Assembly (NCBI GenBank): GCA_003523055.1
Contig: DPHC01000008.1
Span: 5,967-69,966, forward strand
From: Dehalococcoidia bacterium
GTDB lineage: Bacteria; Chloroflexota; Dehalococcoidia; Lucifugimonadales; UBA3495
Length of the DNA: 64,000 nucleotides
Direction of reading: 5' to 3'
Part shown: piece after piece, positions 9,622 through 18,682 of the stretch
Numbering within the stretch: position 1 is the stretch's first letter
Layout: each line of letters begins with the position of its first letter
The notes under the pieces: model-generated
What the model was told of the DNA's origin: nothing
Seen by the model: only the letters and a program-made list of their open reading frames with translations
Databases searched by the model: none
Made by a program: the position numbers and the translations under genes

Positions 9622-10232
9622 TTATGTACGTTTATACACTTACTAACATACTAAAAAAGAGACAAGACTACATGTACACTCCCTGGCATGGGAAAGATTT
9701 CATAACCGAGTACATTTCGAACAGGAAGCACGCATTGTCAAAGCTAGAAGACAATTATACGACCGCAGTAAGTGAATACGAATTAATCAAAGATATAGAA
9801 TCAACATTACAAATTCAATCAAGTCAAAAAACTCAAAATATAAACACTACCGCTATGTTGCTGGCATTAATTAACAATAATCTAGAACTCACAGATCATG
9901 CATCCGCATTATTTAAAATAGAATCTTTGCTAAAATCATTCGAAGTCAGAAAAAAGATTTACACTAAATACAATGAACTGTTTAAACCTTTGTCTAAAGA
10001 ATTCTCAAATTTAGAAAATTATATATTATTTTGTATAGTGTTACTAAAACAATTCACATTAACTAACGAATACAGGTATCTAAACACTATACTAAAGCTC
10101 AATGATCTGATTATATCAACAGGACTTGAGTCAGTAACAAAAACTAACAAGGCATTAATATCATTACTATTAACAAGAGAATTATCTTGTATACAGAAAC
10201 TTCTACAAGAAAGATCCATACAAGATGAATAA
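9618..10232 (+). CDS. Hypothetical protein
   Basis: 204-aa ORF, translationally coupled at both ends (ATGA overlaps). No recognisable motif. Confidence 0.5.
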   Translation: MIMYVYTLTNILKKRQDYMYTPWHGKDFITEYISNRKHALSKLEDNYTTAVSEYELIKDIESTLQIQSSQKTQNINTTAMLLALINNNLELTDHASALFKIESLLKSFEVRKKIYTKYNELFKPLSKEFSNLENYILFCIVLLKQFTLTNEYRYLNTILKLNDLIISTGLESVTKTNKALISLLLTRELSCIQKLLQERSIQDE

Positions 10233-10935
10233 GATTAATATCGGGTTATTAGGAGTGGATTCAATACGAACCAGAGCGTATATATCTGTGTTAACAAAAT
10301 TAAATATTACTCTAGAAGAAGCAATCATATTAAGTGGAGGGAAAAGCCATACACCTGAAGTAATCGAAAAAAGTTCTTATTTCAATAATCAAATTCACTC
10401 CATAAAAATGCTTCAAGCTTTAGGAACTCCTATAAATATATTAGAAACTTCAGACATAAATGATACAACAGTAGTTACAGCTTTAAATCATTCACGCCCT
10501 AAGTTATTTATATACTCAGGAAGTGGTGGTTCAATTATTAAAAATAATATTCTATCAACCCAAAAACAATTCCTACACATACATCCAGGCATATTGCCTG
10601 AATACCGCGGTAGCACAACTATTTACTATAGTCTTTTAAAAGAAAACAAATGTGGTGCCTCGGGTATAATTCTAGATGAAAATATAGATACTGGACCAGT
10701 AATTGCTAGCAAAGAATTCCCACCACCAGATAACAGAAAGTCTATAGATTATGAATATGATCCTTATGTAAGATCTGCATTATTATCAGACATATTGACT
10801 TATTATCTACATAACGGAAGGCTACCTGAAAAAATCAACCAAAACAGAGAAGGTTTTAATTACTACATTATGCATCCACTGTTAAGACACATTACCATGC
10901 TTTCACAAAGTCACCCATCAAATAGCGGAGTATGA
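10225..10935 (+). CDS. Formyltransferase-fold protein (N-formyl/N-acyl transferase candidate)
   Basis: LHIHPGILPEYRGSTT and DENIDTGPVI match the HxSLLPxxRG ... DxGxI core of Fmt/PurN-type formyltransferases. Confidence 0.65.
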   Translation: MNKINIGLLGVDSIRTRAYISVLTKLNITLEEAIILSGGKSHTPEVIEKSSYFNNQIHSIKMLQALGTPINILETSDINDTTVVTALNHSRPKLFIYSGSGGSIIKNNILSTQKQFLHIHPGILPEYRGSTTIYYSLLKENKCGASGIILDENIDTGPVIASKEFPPPDNRKSIDYEYDPYVRSALLSDILTYYLHNGRLPEKINQNREGFNYYIMHPLLRHITMLSQSHPSNSGV

Positions 10936-10936
10936 T

Positions 10937-11977
10937 ATGAATACATTTTACATAGACAACAAATTGGTCGGAGGCAACCGCTGTTTCATCATAGCCGAAA
11001 TCGCTCAAGCACATGACGGCAGTTTAGGTACAGCCCACGCATACATAGATGCTGTAGCGAAATCTGGTGCAGATGCCATCAAATTCCAAACCCATATTGC
11101 TTCAGCTGAAAGCACTCCAGATGAACCTTTCAGAATAAATTTTAGCAAACAAGATGAAACAAGATATGACTACTGGAAAAGAATGGAATTCACAGAAAGT
11201 CAGTGGGTCGGGCTATATGAACATTGTAATGAAGTTGGCATTACTTTTCTAAGTTCCCCATTTTCAGAGGAAGCCGTTGAATTGTTAGATAGCATCAACA
11301 TGCAAGCTTGGAAAGTAGCATCTGGAGAAATTAGTAACATACCTATGTTAACCAAAATTGCTGAAACAGGAAAGCCAATATTAATATCAACAGGCATGAG
11401 TGATATTGATGAAATTCACGAAACTCTGAATTATTTAACCCCGTATGAGAGCCCTGTCCTGATATTTCAAACGACTACTGCTTATCCGTGTCCTCCTGAA
11501 AAAATAGGTATAAACAATGTTCAATTATATAGGGATTTGTTTAATCTCCCAGTTGGGTTATCTGACCACTCAGGAACTATTTTTTCAGGTCTAGCCGGAG
11601 CAGCTATTGGCATTAACATGCTGGAAATCCACATAACATTCTCCAAACACATGTTCGGCCCAGACGTAACTGCTTCTATAACAACCGATGAATTAACGAC
11701 GCTTGTCACAGGAATTAGATACATAGAATCAATGAAAAATAACCCCGTAGACAAGAATCTAATAGCAGCTGAATTAAAACCACTCAGAGAATTATTTGCG
11801 AAAAGCATAGTAGCAAAGTCCAATTTACTGGAAGGGCATATTATTACTCTTGCTGACGTTGCATATAAAAAACCTGGGAATGGGCTATCTCCAGATAGCA
11901 TATCGCAAATAATTGGTAAACCATTAAACAAACCTGTGAAGACAGATAAACCAATTTTACTAACTGACGTAAATTAA
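10937..11977 (+). CDS. neuB: NeuB-family nonulosonic acid synthase (N-acylneuraminate/legionaminate/pseudaminate synthase type) with C-terminal SAF domain
   Basis: CFIIAEIAQAHDGSLGTAHAYIDAVAKSGADAIKFQTH, SDHSG, and a C-terminal SAF-like segment. The sugar specificity cannot be told from the sequence alone. Confidence 0.85.
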   Translation: MNTFYIDNKLVGGNRCFIIAEIAQAHDGSLGTAHAYIDAVAKSGADAIKFQTHIASAESTPDEPFRINFSKQDETRYDYWKRMEFTESQWVGLYEHCNEVGITFLSSPFSEEAVELLDSINMQAWKVASGEISNIPMLTKIAETGKPILISTGMSDIDEIHETLNYLTPYESPVLIFQTTTAYPCPPEKIGINNVQLYRDLFNLPVGLSDHSGTIFSGLAGAAIGINMLEIHITFSKHMFGPDVTASITTDELTTLVTGIRYIESMKNNPVDKNLIAAELKPLRELFAKSIVAKSNLLEGHIITLADVAYKKPGNGLSPDSISQIIGKPLNKPVKTDKPILLTDVN

Positions 11978-11991
11978 TTAGATATTTAAAA

Positions 11992-12702
11992 ATGAAAGAA
12001 TTAACAACATTAGCAATCATACCTGCTAGAGGAGGATCTAAATCCATACCCAAAAAAAACATTGTCGACTTACATGGTATACCTTTGATAGCACACAGTA
12101 TAAATACTGCGAAACAAACCTCATTAATAGATAAAACAATAGTAAGCACAGATTCGGAAGAAATCAAAGACATAAGTTTACAATTCGGTGCAGAAGTACC
12201 TTTTCTCCGGCCAGAAGACATTGCTCAAGACCACACACCTGACCTACCAGTATTTATACATTGCTTAAAATGGTTAGCCCAAAACCAAGATTATGTTCCA
12301 GATTTCGTGATTCATTTACGACCTACTACTCCATTTAGAGACATTTCCGTGATAGAAGATTGTATTAATCTCATGAAAAAAAACCTTAACGCAGATTCTT
12401 TAAGAGTTGTGACAATGTCCAAAGAACATCCATACAAGATGTGGACTTTCCAACCCTGTTCACTATACTTGAAACCATTATTAGATTCAGATATAGATGA
12501 ACCTTACAATCAACCCAGGCAAGCCCTTCCTACAACTTTCTTCCAACCCGGATATATAGACGTAATTAGGACCAATACAATACTACAAAAAAACTCCATG
12601 TCTGGTGACAATATTCTAGGGCATGTGCTTAAAGACAGCACAATTGTAGATATAGATGACCAATTAAGTTTAGATTTTTCCAGATTTTTATCTCATGAAT
12701 AA
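11992..12702 (+). CDS. neuA: Acylneuraminate (CMP-nonulosonate) cytidylyltransferase
   Basis: AIIPARGGSKSIPKKNI signature, about 236 aa, directly downstream of neuB. Confidence 0.85.
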   Translation: MKELTTLAIIPARGGSKSIPKKNIVDLHGIPLIAHSINTAKQTSLIDKTIVSTDSEEIKDISLQFGAEVPFLRPEDIAQDHTPDLPVFIHCLKWLAQNQDYVPDFVIHLRPTTPFRDISVIEDCINLMKKNLNADSLRVVTMSKEHPYKMWTFQPCSLYLKPLLDSDIDEPYNQPRQALPTTFFQPGYIDVIRTNTILQKNSMSGDNILGHVLKDSTIVDIDDQLSLDFSRFLSHE

Positions 12703-13693
12703 TTTTCAAGATTACTCAAACATAAGTGCTCTGATAGTAGGCTTAGGATCTGTCGGAACAAGACATTTAAATAATTTGAAATCCATAGGTGTCAAAAACC
12801 TAGGTGTTTACAGATCTCAAAATAATCATACAGTGCAAAATGCAGACCTAGATAATGTAAACATATATTATGACTATAAAGAGGCATTAGATCACGGGTA
12901 CTCATCAGTGTTCATTTGCAATCCTACTTCAATGCATATGGAATACGCACTAGAAGCAGCCTATAGTAAATGTAACTTATACATTGAAAAACCATTATCC
13001 AATAATTTAAACCATACTGAAGAATTAAAACATTTACAAAGAGCAAACAACTTAGTTGTCGCATTAGGGTACCAGTTTAAATTCCATCCAAATCTCAAAG
13101 CTATAAAAGAATGGCTAGGCAACAATGCCATAGGCCAGATAGTTCATTGTGCTGCAGATGTAGGCGAATATTTACCTTCATGGCATCCATGGGAAAACTA
13201 TAGAGACAGCTATGCTGCCAAAGCTGAACTAGGAGGAGGAGTAGCTCTAACACTCATCCATGAAATAGATTATTTGGAATGGTTACTCGGAGATCTCACA
13301 TTGGTATCATCACATGGTGGTACCTCAACAGTGCTGAAAACTGATGTAGAAGATTTCATAACAGCGACATTAATGACACCCAATAATACACCCTTGAATT
13401 TGCATATTGACTACTTGCAAAATCCTGCTTGTAGAAAGCTAAAAATCATAGGAGAAAAAGGAATAATCGAATGGAATTATTACACAGGTACAGCTAATTT
13501 AACGATTTCGGGAAATATCGTAGAAACATCCCTCGTGGCAAAAAGCTGGGAAAGGAATACAATGTTTATAGAAACATTAAATAACTTCTTACAATGTACT
13601 CAAACAATGGAAGAACCGATGTCAAATTTAAATAATTCTAGCCACGGGCTGGAAATCACATTAAAAATAAAAGATTCAATAACTCTGTCATAA
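12695..13693 (+). CDS. Gfo/Idh/MocA-family NAD(P)-dependent oxidoreductase
   Basis: N-terminal Rossmann IVGLGSVGTRHLNNL, the EKPL motif (YIEKPLS) and a C-terminal alpha/beta domain. Confidence 0.8.
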   Translation: MNNFQDYSNISALIVGLGSVGTRHLNNLKSIGVKNLGVYRSQNNHTVQNADLDNVNIYYDYKEALDHGYSSVFICNPTSMHMEYALEAAYSKCNLYIEKPLSNNLNHTEELKHLQRANNLVVALGYQFKFHPNLKAIKEWLGNNAIGQIVHCAADVGEYLPSWHPWENYRDSYAAKAELGGGVALTLIHEIDYLEWLLGDLTLVSSHGGTSTVLKTDVEDFITATLMTPNNTPLNLHIDYLQNPACRKLKIIGEKGIIEWNYYTGTANLTISGNIVETSLVAKSWERNTMFIETLNNFLQCTQTMEEPMSNLNNSSHGLEITLKIKDSITLS

Positions 13694-13711
13694 AACTACT
13701 GTGAGGCTCTA

Positions 13712-14815
13712 ATGTACGATATAAATTTTTTGCATAAAACAAATACTATAAAAAAAGACCTAATGAATGGCGATTTAACTTCAAAAGACATTATCTCTTT
13801 AGAAAAACAATTCGAAAACCTCCGGTCAAAGAACCCTCATGTCTTTAATATAGAAACTACTAATCACTGCAACATGACATGCCTCATGTGCCCGCGTACG
13901 AGCTTGATGACCCGTCAGGTATCTTGGATAGATGATGAAACTTTTGAAAATGTTCTGGATCAAATGACTCCCCACAACCAAGATAATCTAGAAGAATTCT
14001 GGGATCATATTAAGACAGAATACGGCATAACTTTTGATGAACATTCAGAAAACGCATTTTATTTCTATGTAGTCTCACGATGTGTAATACTACATGGATA
14101 CGGGGAACCTTTAGTAGATAAAAATATAATCAATCGTGTGCAAGCATGTACCGATAGAAATATACCTACATATTTCTCATGTGTTCCAGCCAATTTATCA
14201 GTTGAACGAGCAGAAAGTGTTATGAAAGCAGGGTTAACTGTCATGAAATTATCAATCGACGCTTTAGATGACGTAAACGCTAAACGAATACGTGGCAGAT
14301 ATAATAATTTTGATAAAGCCTATCAAACTGTTCTAGATGTGATAAAGATGAAAGAAGAGAAAGGATATAAAACCCTAATAGTGCCAACAATGATAGAACT
14401 TAACAGCGGAGAAGATAACAAAGAAATGCAACAACAATTCATAGATATGTGGAAAGGGCTTGATGTTTTTGCTTATGTAAAAAGCCAGGATAACCGATGG
14501 TATTATGAAGAAGACGAAGAATTAGAAAACAAATCCCATTACGCCCAGCAGTACTGTGAATATCCATGGTCTTCAATGACAGTAATGGCTAATGGTGACG
14601 TAGTACCGTGTACTCAAGACTATGACTGCGAAATGAAATTAGGAAATGTTAAAGACCAAAGTTTAGATGAAATATGGAATGGAGAAAAATATAATTTGCT
14701 CAGGGAATGGCATCTAAAAGGAAACTTCCCCAAAAACTTTAAATGCGTTGGCCGCTGTGACCAAACAAAGCTTTACCAAGTCATAGACAAAAACACTAAA
14801 AAAGCTTCAAAATAG
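13712..14815 (+). CDS. Radical SAM enzyme with C-terminal SPASM/twitch-type auxiliary cluster domain
   Basis: CX3CX2C at C53-C57-C60 (HCNMTCLMCPR). C-terminal CEYPWSSMTVMANGDVVPC (C-x12-G-x4-C) followed by further Cys residues (DYDC, KCVGRC). Confidence 0.85.
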   Translation: MYDINFLHKTNTIKKDLMNGDLTSKDIISLEKQFENLRSKNPHVFNIETTNHCNMTCLMCPRTSLMTRQVSWIDDETFENVLDQMTPHNQDNLEEFWDHIKTEYGITFDEHSENAFYFYVVSRCVILHGYGEPLVDKNIINRVQACTDRNIPTYFSCVPANLSVERAESVMKAGLTVMKLSIDALDDVNAKRIRGRYNNFDKAYQTVLDVIKMKEEKGYKTLIVPTMIELNSGEDNKEMQQQFIDMWKGLDVFAYVKSQDNRWYYEEDEELENKSHYAQQYCEYPWSSMTVMANGDVVPCTQDYDCEMKLGNVKDQSLDEIWNGEKYNLLREWHLKGNFPKNFKCVGRCDQTKLYQVIDKNTKKASK

Positions 14816-14826
14816 AGGAGATCCTC

Positions 14827-15735
14827 ATGACATCAGAACAGAATCAAATAAATATTGAAGATTTGATCAACCGACCTTCTCCAACTATCATCGCTGAAAT
14901 AGGATGCAACCACAAAGGAGATTTGGACACAGCAAAAGAAATGATCAAAATAGCTAAAGTATTCTGTGATGCACAATACGTCAAATTTCAAAAAAGGAAC
15001 CCCAAAGAACTTCTTAGCTATGAACAATATAATACTCCACATCCTATTGAAGAAAATTCATATGGGAAAACTTATGGAGAGCATAGAGAGTTTTTAGAGT
15101 TCTCAGTTGCACAACACCAAGAATTAATGGAATATTGCGAGGAAATTGGAATAGGCTACAGTAGTTCTGTGTGGGATATGACATCTGCTAAAGAAATAGT
15201 CAGCCTAAATCCAGATTTTATTAAAATTGGTTCTCCATCAAACACTCACACTAAAATGATTGAGTATATATGCAAGGAATTTCATGGAGATATACACCTT
15301 TCCTTGGGTATGACTACACCAAAAGAAGAATCAGAAATCATAGACACATTTCAAAAATATTCCAGATTAAGCGACTTAGTGTTATACCATTGCACATCAG
15401 GGTATCCAGTTCCACCAAAAGACATATGTCTTTTATCTATAAGTAGGTTGAAATCAGACTATCAGGAGCAAATCAAAGGGGTTGGCTTCTCAGCACATTA
15501 CACTGGAATAGGATTAGATGGTCCTGCTTTTATATTAGGCGCAGATTACATTGAGCGCCATTTTACACTAGATCGTGCATGGAAAGGCACGGATCATGCA
15601 GCGTCATTAGAACCAGATGGGCTGAGAAGAGTACGTAAAGACACATTAACGATTTCACAGGCGCTCAGCTACAAAACCCAAGCTATTATGGACATTGAAA
15701 AACCAAATAGAATTAAGCTCAAATACACAGACTAG
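14827..15735 (+). CDS. Second NeuB-family (sialic-acid-synthase-like) aldolase-type synthase, short form without SAF domain
   Basis: IIAEIGCNHKGDLDTAKEMIKIAKVFCDAQYVKFQKRNP and a FSAH motif. At 302 aa it ends before any SAF domain. Good GGAG RBS upstream. Confidence 0.75.
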   Translation: MTSEQNQINIEDLINRPSPTIIAEIGCNHKGDLDTAKEMIKIAKVFCDAQYVKFQKRNPKELLSYEQYNTPHPIEENSYGKTYGEHREFLEFSVAQHQELMEYCEEIGIGYSSSVWDMTSAKEIVSLNPDFIKIGSPSNTHTKMIEYICKEFHGDIHLSLGMTTPKEESEIIDTFQKYSRLSDLVLYHCTSGYPVPPKDICLLSISRLKSDYQEQIKGVGFSAHYTGIGLDGPAFILGADYIERHFTLDRAWKGTDHAASLEPDGLRRVRKDTLTISQALSYKTQAIMDIEKPNRIKLKYTD

Positions 15736-15744
15736 ATTGCTTAC

Positions 15745-17208
15745 ATGGATGCAGCAAACAAAAGAATAGCTTTATTAATAGAACAAGGATTCGGGGCACG
15801 AATACTATTACAAACAGATATACTAGAAACACTAATTAATTCTAACTTAAACCCTATCATCCTTACATCTGGGCCCGAAGCAATAGGAAATTACTTAAAA
15901 GATACTAAATTCTCTAAAATACCTATTCATCATTTAAATATTGAAAAAAACAAAACCCTAAAGCTAAACACTCTCATACGATTATTATCGTTCATCAGAC
16001 TTTTTTCTTTAAAAACTCGAACAGTTAAAGATTTGTTCAAAATGGAATTGTCAGATAGTAAAGCAAGTCGGAACATTAATAATAAATTATTTATGATATT
16101 GGTAAGATTCTTCGTTTACATTTCTAAAATAAATTATAGATTAATTTTTTTATTCATCCGGATAGAAAATAGAATTGCATTAAGAAACAGTAATGAGCTA
16201 TTTTTTTCCAAATATAAACCAGACGTACTGTTAACAACAAGCATCGGAACGTTTGATAATGACGCTAATCTAATTCGAGAAGCTAAATCCAGAGGTGTCA
16301 AAGTAATTAGTTACATCTTAAGCTGGGATAACAGTACAGTACGTGGATTCGGAATTAATTTAACTGACGACATAATCACATGGTCCGATACGATGAAAAA
16401 AGAATTAACTACATTGCATCACCTACCAGAAAATAAAATACATGTTGGAGGAGTCCCTCACTATGATACTTATGCCCGGCCTGATGCGTTGTGGAGTAAA
16501 CACGAATTGTTTCATAACATGAAAATACCGGTTACCAAAAACGTGATCTTATTAGGCACCAAATCTCCCAATGCATACAAATCCAACATGCAAGTAGCCG
16601 AAATAATATGTGATTTGATAAGTTCTGAGGAATCACTAAAAGATTATATTTTAGTAGTCAGATTACATCCCCTATATTTCAGATCCTCAGGAAATGGAAG
16701 TAATTTAATATCAGAAGATTGGAATTCGCTTGTTGAAAAATTTGGTTCAGAAGTCATTAACATGGATTATCCGCAGATAATTGGAAACGACTTACGTTAC
16801 TTTATGCCACAAGAAGAAATGGCTAAATTGGGATCCTTATTAAAGCATAGTAAAGTTGTAGTAAACATGTTTTCAACATTGAACATAGAGTCAAGTATTT
16901 TTGATATCCCAACAATAAATGTATGTTTCCAAGATGATTCCATGAAGAGCAATGATTATAAACAAGCTAGATTCAACATAGTCGCAGATTCTATACAAAC
17001 ACACAATCAAAGAGTAATCCAATATGATGCCACTGTGATAGCTTACGAAAAACATCAACTGCTTGAATTACTTAAGGCATCTTTATCACATCCAGAGCAA
17101 AAAAAACAAGGTCGAGCAAAACTTGTTAACTCGGAATGTGGAGAGAATTTAGGAGAATCTGGGGTATATATTGGTAAACTAATATCCAAATTATCCTATT
17201 CCGTATGA
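15745..17208 (+). CDS. Uncharacterised GT-B-like protein (candidate glycosyl/ulosonate transferase), paralog A
   Basis: 487 aa. Conserved SWDN motif (ILSWDNSTVRGF) and a C-terminal segment FSTLNIESSIFDIPTINV, typical of the GT-B/TagF-like nucleotide-sugar half. The family assignment is tentative. Confidence 0.45.
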   Translation: MDAANKRIALLIEQGFGARILLQTDILETLINSNLNPIILTSGPEAIGNYLKDTKFSKIPIHHLNIEKNKTLKLNTLIRLLSFIRLFSLKTRTVKDLFKMELSDSKASRNINNKLFMILVRFFVYISKINYRLIFLFIRIENRIALRNSNELFFSKYKPDVLLTTSIGTFDNDANLIREAKSRGVKVISYILSWDNSTVRGFGINLTDDIITWSDTMKKELTTLHHLPENKIHVGGVPHYDTYARPDALWSKHELFHNMKIPVTKNVILLGTKSPNAYKSNMQVAEIICDLISSEESLKDYILVVRLHPLYFRSSGNGSNLISEDWNSLVEKFGSEVINMDYPQIIGNDLRYFMPQEEMAKLGSLLKHSKVVVNMFSTLNIESSIFDIPTINVCFQDDSMKSNDYKQARFNIVADSIQTHNQRVIQYDATVIAYEKHQLLELLKASLSHPEQKKQGRAKLVNSECGENLGESGVYIGKLISKLSYSV

Positions 17209-17218
17209 TTTATTACAT

Positions 17219-18682
17219 ATGACAATATTTATACAAGCCTACCGATCATTTAGCATGAGATATATCATCGGTACCGACATATTTAAAACACTTATATCAA
17301 GTAATTGCCAAATAATCATTTTCGTATTAGAAGAGGATTTCCAATATTTTACAGATATATTTAAAAACACTTCTGTAATAGTAGAGTCTGTACATTACAA
17401 AGAATTGTTCAGTGATCTAAGAAAAAACCGCATAACAAATTTTTTAAACCTACTGAGAGTTCTTACATCTGGCCGACAAAGTACGCTAATAAATACCAAC
17501 ATATCAATATACAAACGTGACTACAAAAAACAATTTTCATACGGATTTGGTATTTATATTTATAAACTAATTACTATAAGCAGTTTCATAACTTGTAATT
17601 CAATCTTGGCTAGAAAAGTACTTTCATTTTTATTATCTATATCTTTTAAAGGTAAAATTTATGATAAATACTTTGAAAAATACAATCCTAAAACATTAAT
17701 AATATCTTCATTAGGTTACGGAATAGATCTTCATATGATGCATGCAGCAAAACGCCACAAATGCCGAATTATATCCATACCTCATAGCTGGGATAATCCG
17801 ACCACCAAAGGATATCGCGGGCCTAAGCCTGATTTAGTGTTCGCATGGACCAATCGCATGGCTACAGAAATTGCAGCTTTCCACGATCTTCCTAAAAATA
17901 TTATTAAAGTGTCGGGAGTTGCGCACTGGGATGATTACTTTAACGGAACATTGATTCTAAATAACAAGGACTCATTCATTATAAAGCACAATCTAGACCC
18001 GAATAAAAAAGTCTTATTTTACGCTCTAAGCGGACCAGCAAATTTTGAAAAACGGCTTGAAGTAATCGAAGCAATATTAGGCATTATTAAAAACAATCCA
18101 AGTAATTATAATCTACAATTACTTGTCAGGTTTCATCCTTTACACGTCCACAGGCATACATCAGGAGCAACATGGATGGAGCTACATGAAAACGATATAA
18201 GTGCTCTAAAAATGAAATATGGAAACCTAGTTACCTTTTGGGTCCCTAAGGAACCTCACAAAAATCAAATAAGCCAATTAGGAATGTCCGATATGCATGA
18301 TATGGCGTCAGCTATTCATTATTCAGATGTTTTAATTCAAGAATACTCAACCTTAATACTAGAATCTACAATATTTGATAAACCAACCATAAATATCAGC
18401 ATGTTCGCTTACCGTCAAACTGATCATTCGAATTTATTAGCTACTTTGATACATTTACAATATATATTGAAGTATGACACGTCAACAACTATACAAACTT
18501 TCGAGGAACTAAAAACAACAATTTTTAAATATTTAGACAATCCAGAAATTAAACAAAATGAACGTAGGAAATTGTTTAATAACGAACTTAATATTAACCC
18601 AGGAAGCGCCGGGAACTTCATTGGAAACAGCATTTTAAAGTACATGGACGATCTAGTAGTTCAAGGATCAAGCTCTCAATAA
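17219..18682 (+). CDS. Uncharacterised GT-B-like protein, paralog B (tandem duplicate of the previous gene)
   Basis: Also exactly 487 aa. Same landmarks (IPHSWDNPTTKGY, RFHPLH, YSTLILESTIFDKPTINI) at equivalent positions. Confidence 0.45.
   Translation: MTIFIQAYRSFSMRYIIGTDIFKTLISSNCQIIIFVLEEDFQYFTDIFKNTSVIVESVHYKELFSDLRKNRITNFLNLLRVLTSGRQSTLINTNISIYKRDYKKQFSYGFGIYIYKLITISSFITCNSILARKVLSFLLSISFKGKIYDKYFEKYNPKTLIISSLGYGIDLHMMHAAKRHKCRIISIPHSWDNPTTKGYRGPKPDLVFAWTNRMATEIAAFHDLPKNIIKVSGVAHWDDYFNGTLILNNKDSFIIKHNLDPNKKVLFYALSGPANFEKRLEVIEAILGIIKNNPSNYNLQLLVRFHPLHVHRHTSGATWMELHENDISALKMKYGNLVTFWVPKEPHKNQISQLGMSDMHDMASAIHYSDVLIQEYSTLILESTIFDKPTINISMFAYRQTDHSNLLATLIHLQYILKYDTSTTIQTFEELKTTIFKYLDNPEIKQNERRKLFNNELNINPGSAGNFIGNSILKYMDDLVVQGSSSQ

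Noticed and set aside
12380-12395. Homopolymeric A8/T8 tracts (e.g. about 12386, 12052, 41146, 6232, 49256, 52752) as phase-variation switches, by analogy with the poly-G tracts in Campylobacter MeOPN transferases.
   Set aside because: Runs of 8 A/T are expected by chance in DNA this AT-rich. No G/C homopolymer longer than 5 was seen, and none lies in the candidate transferase genes' 5' regions in a suggestive way.
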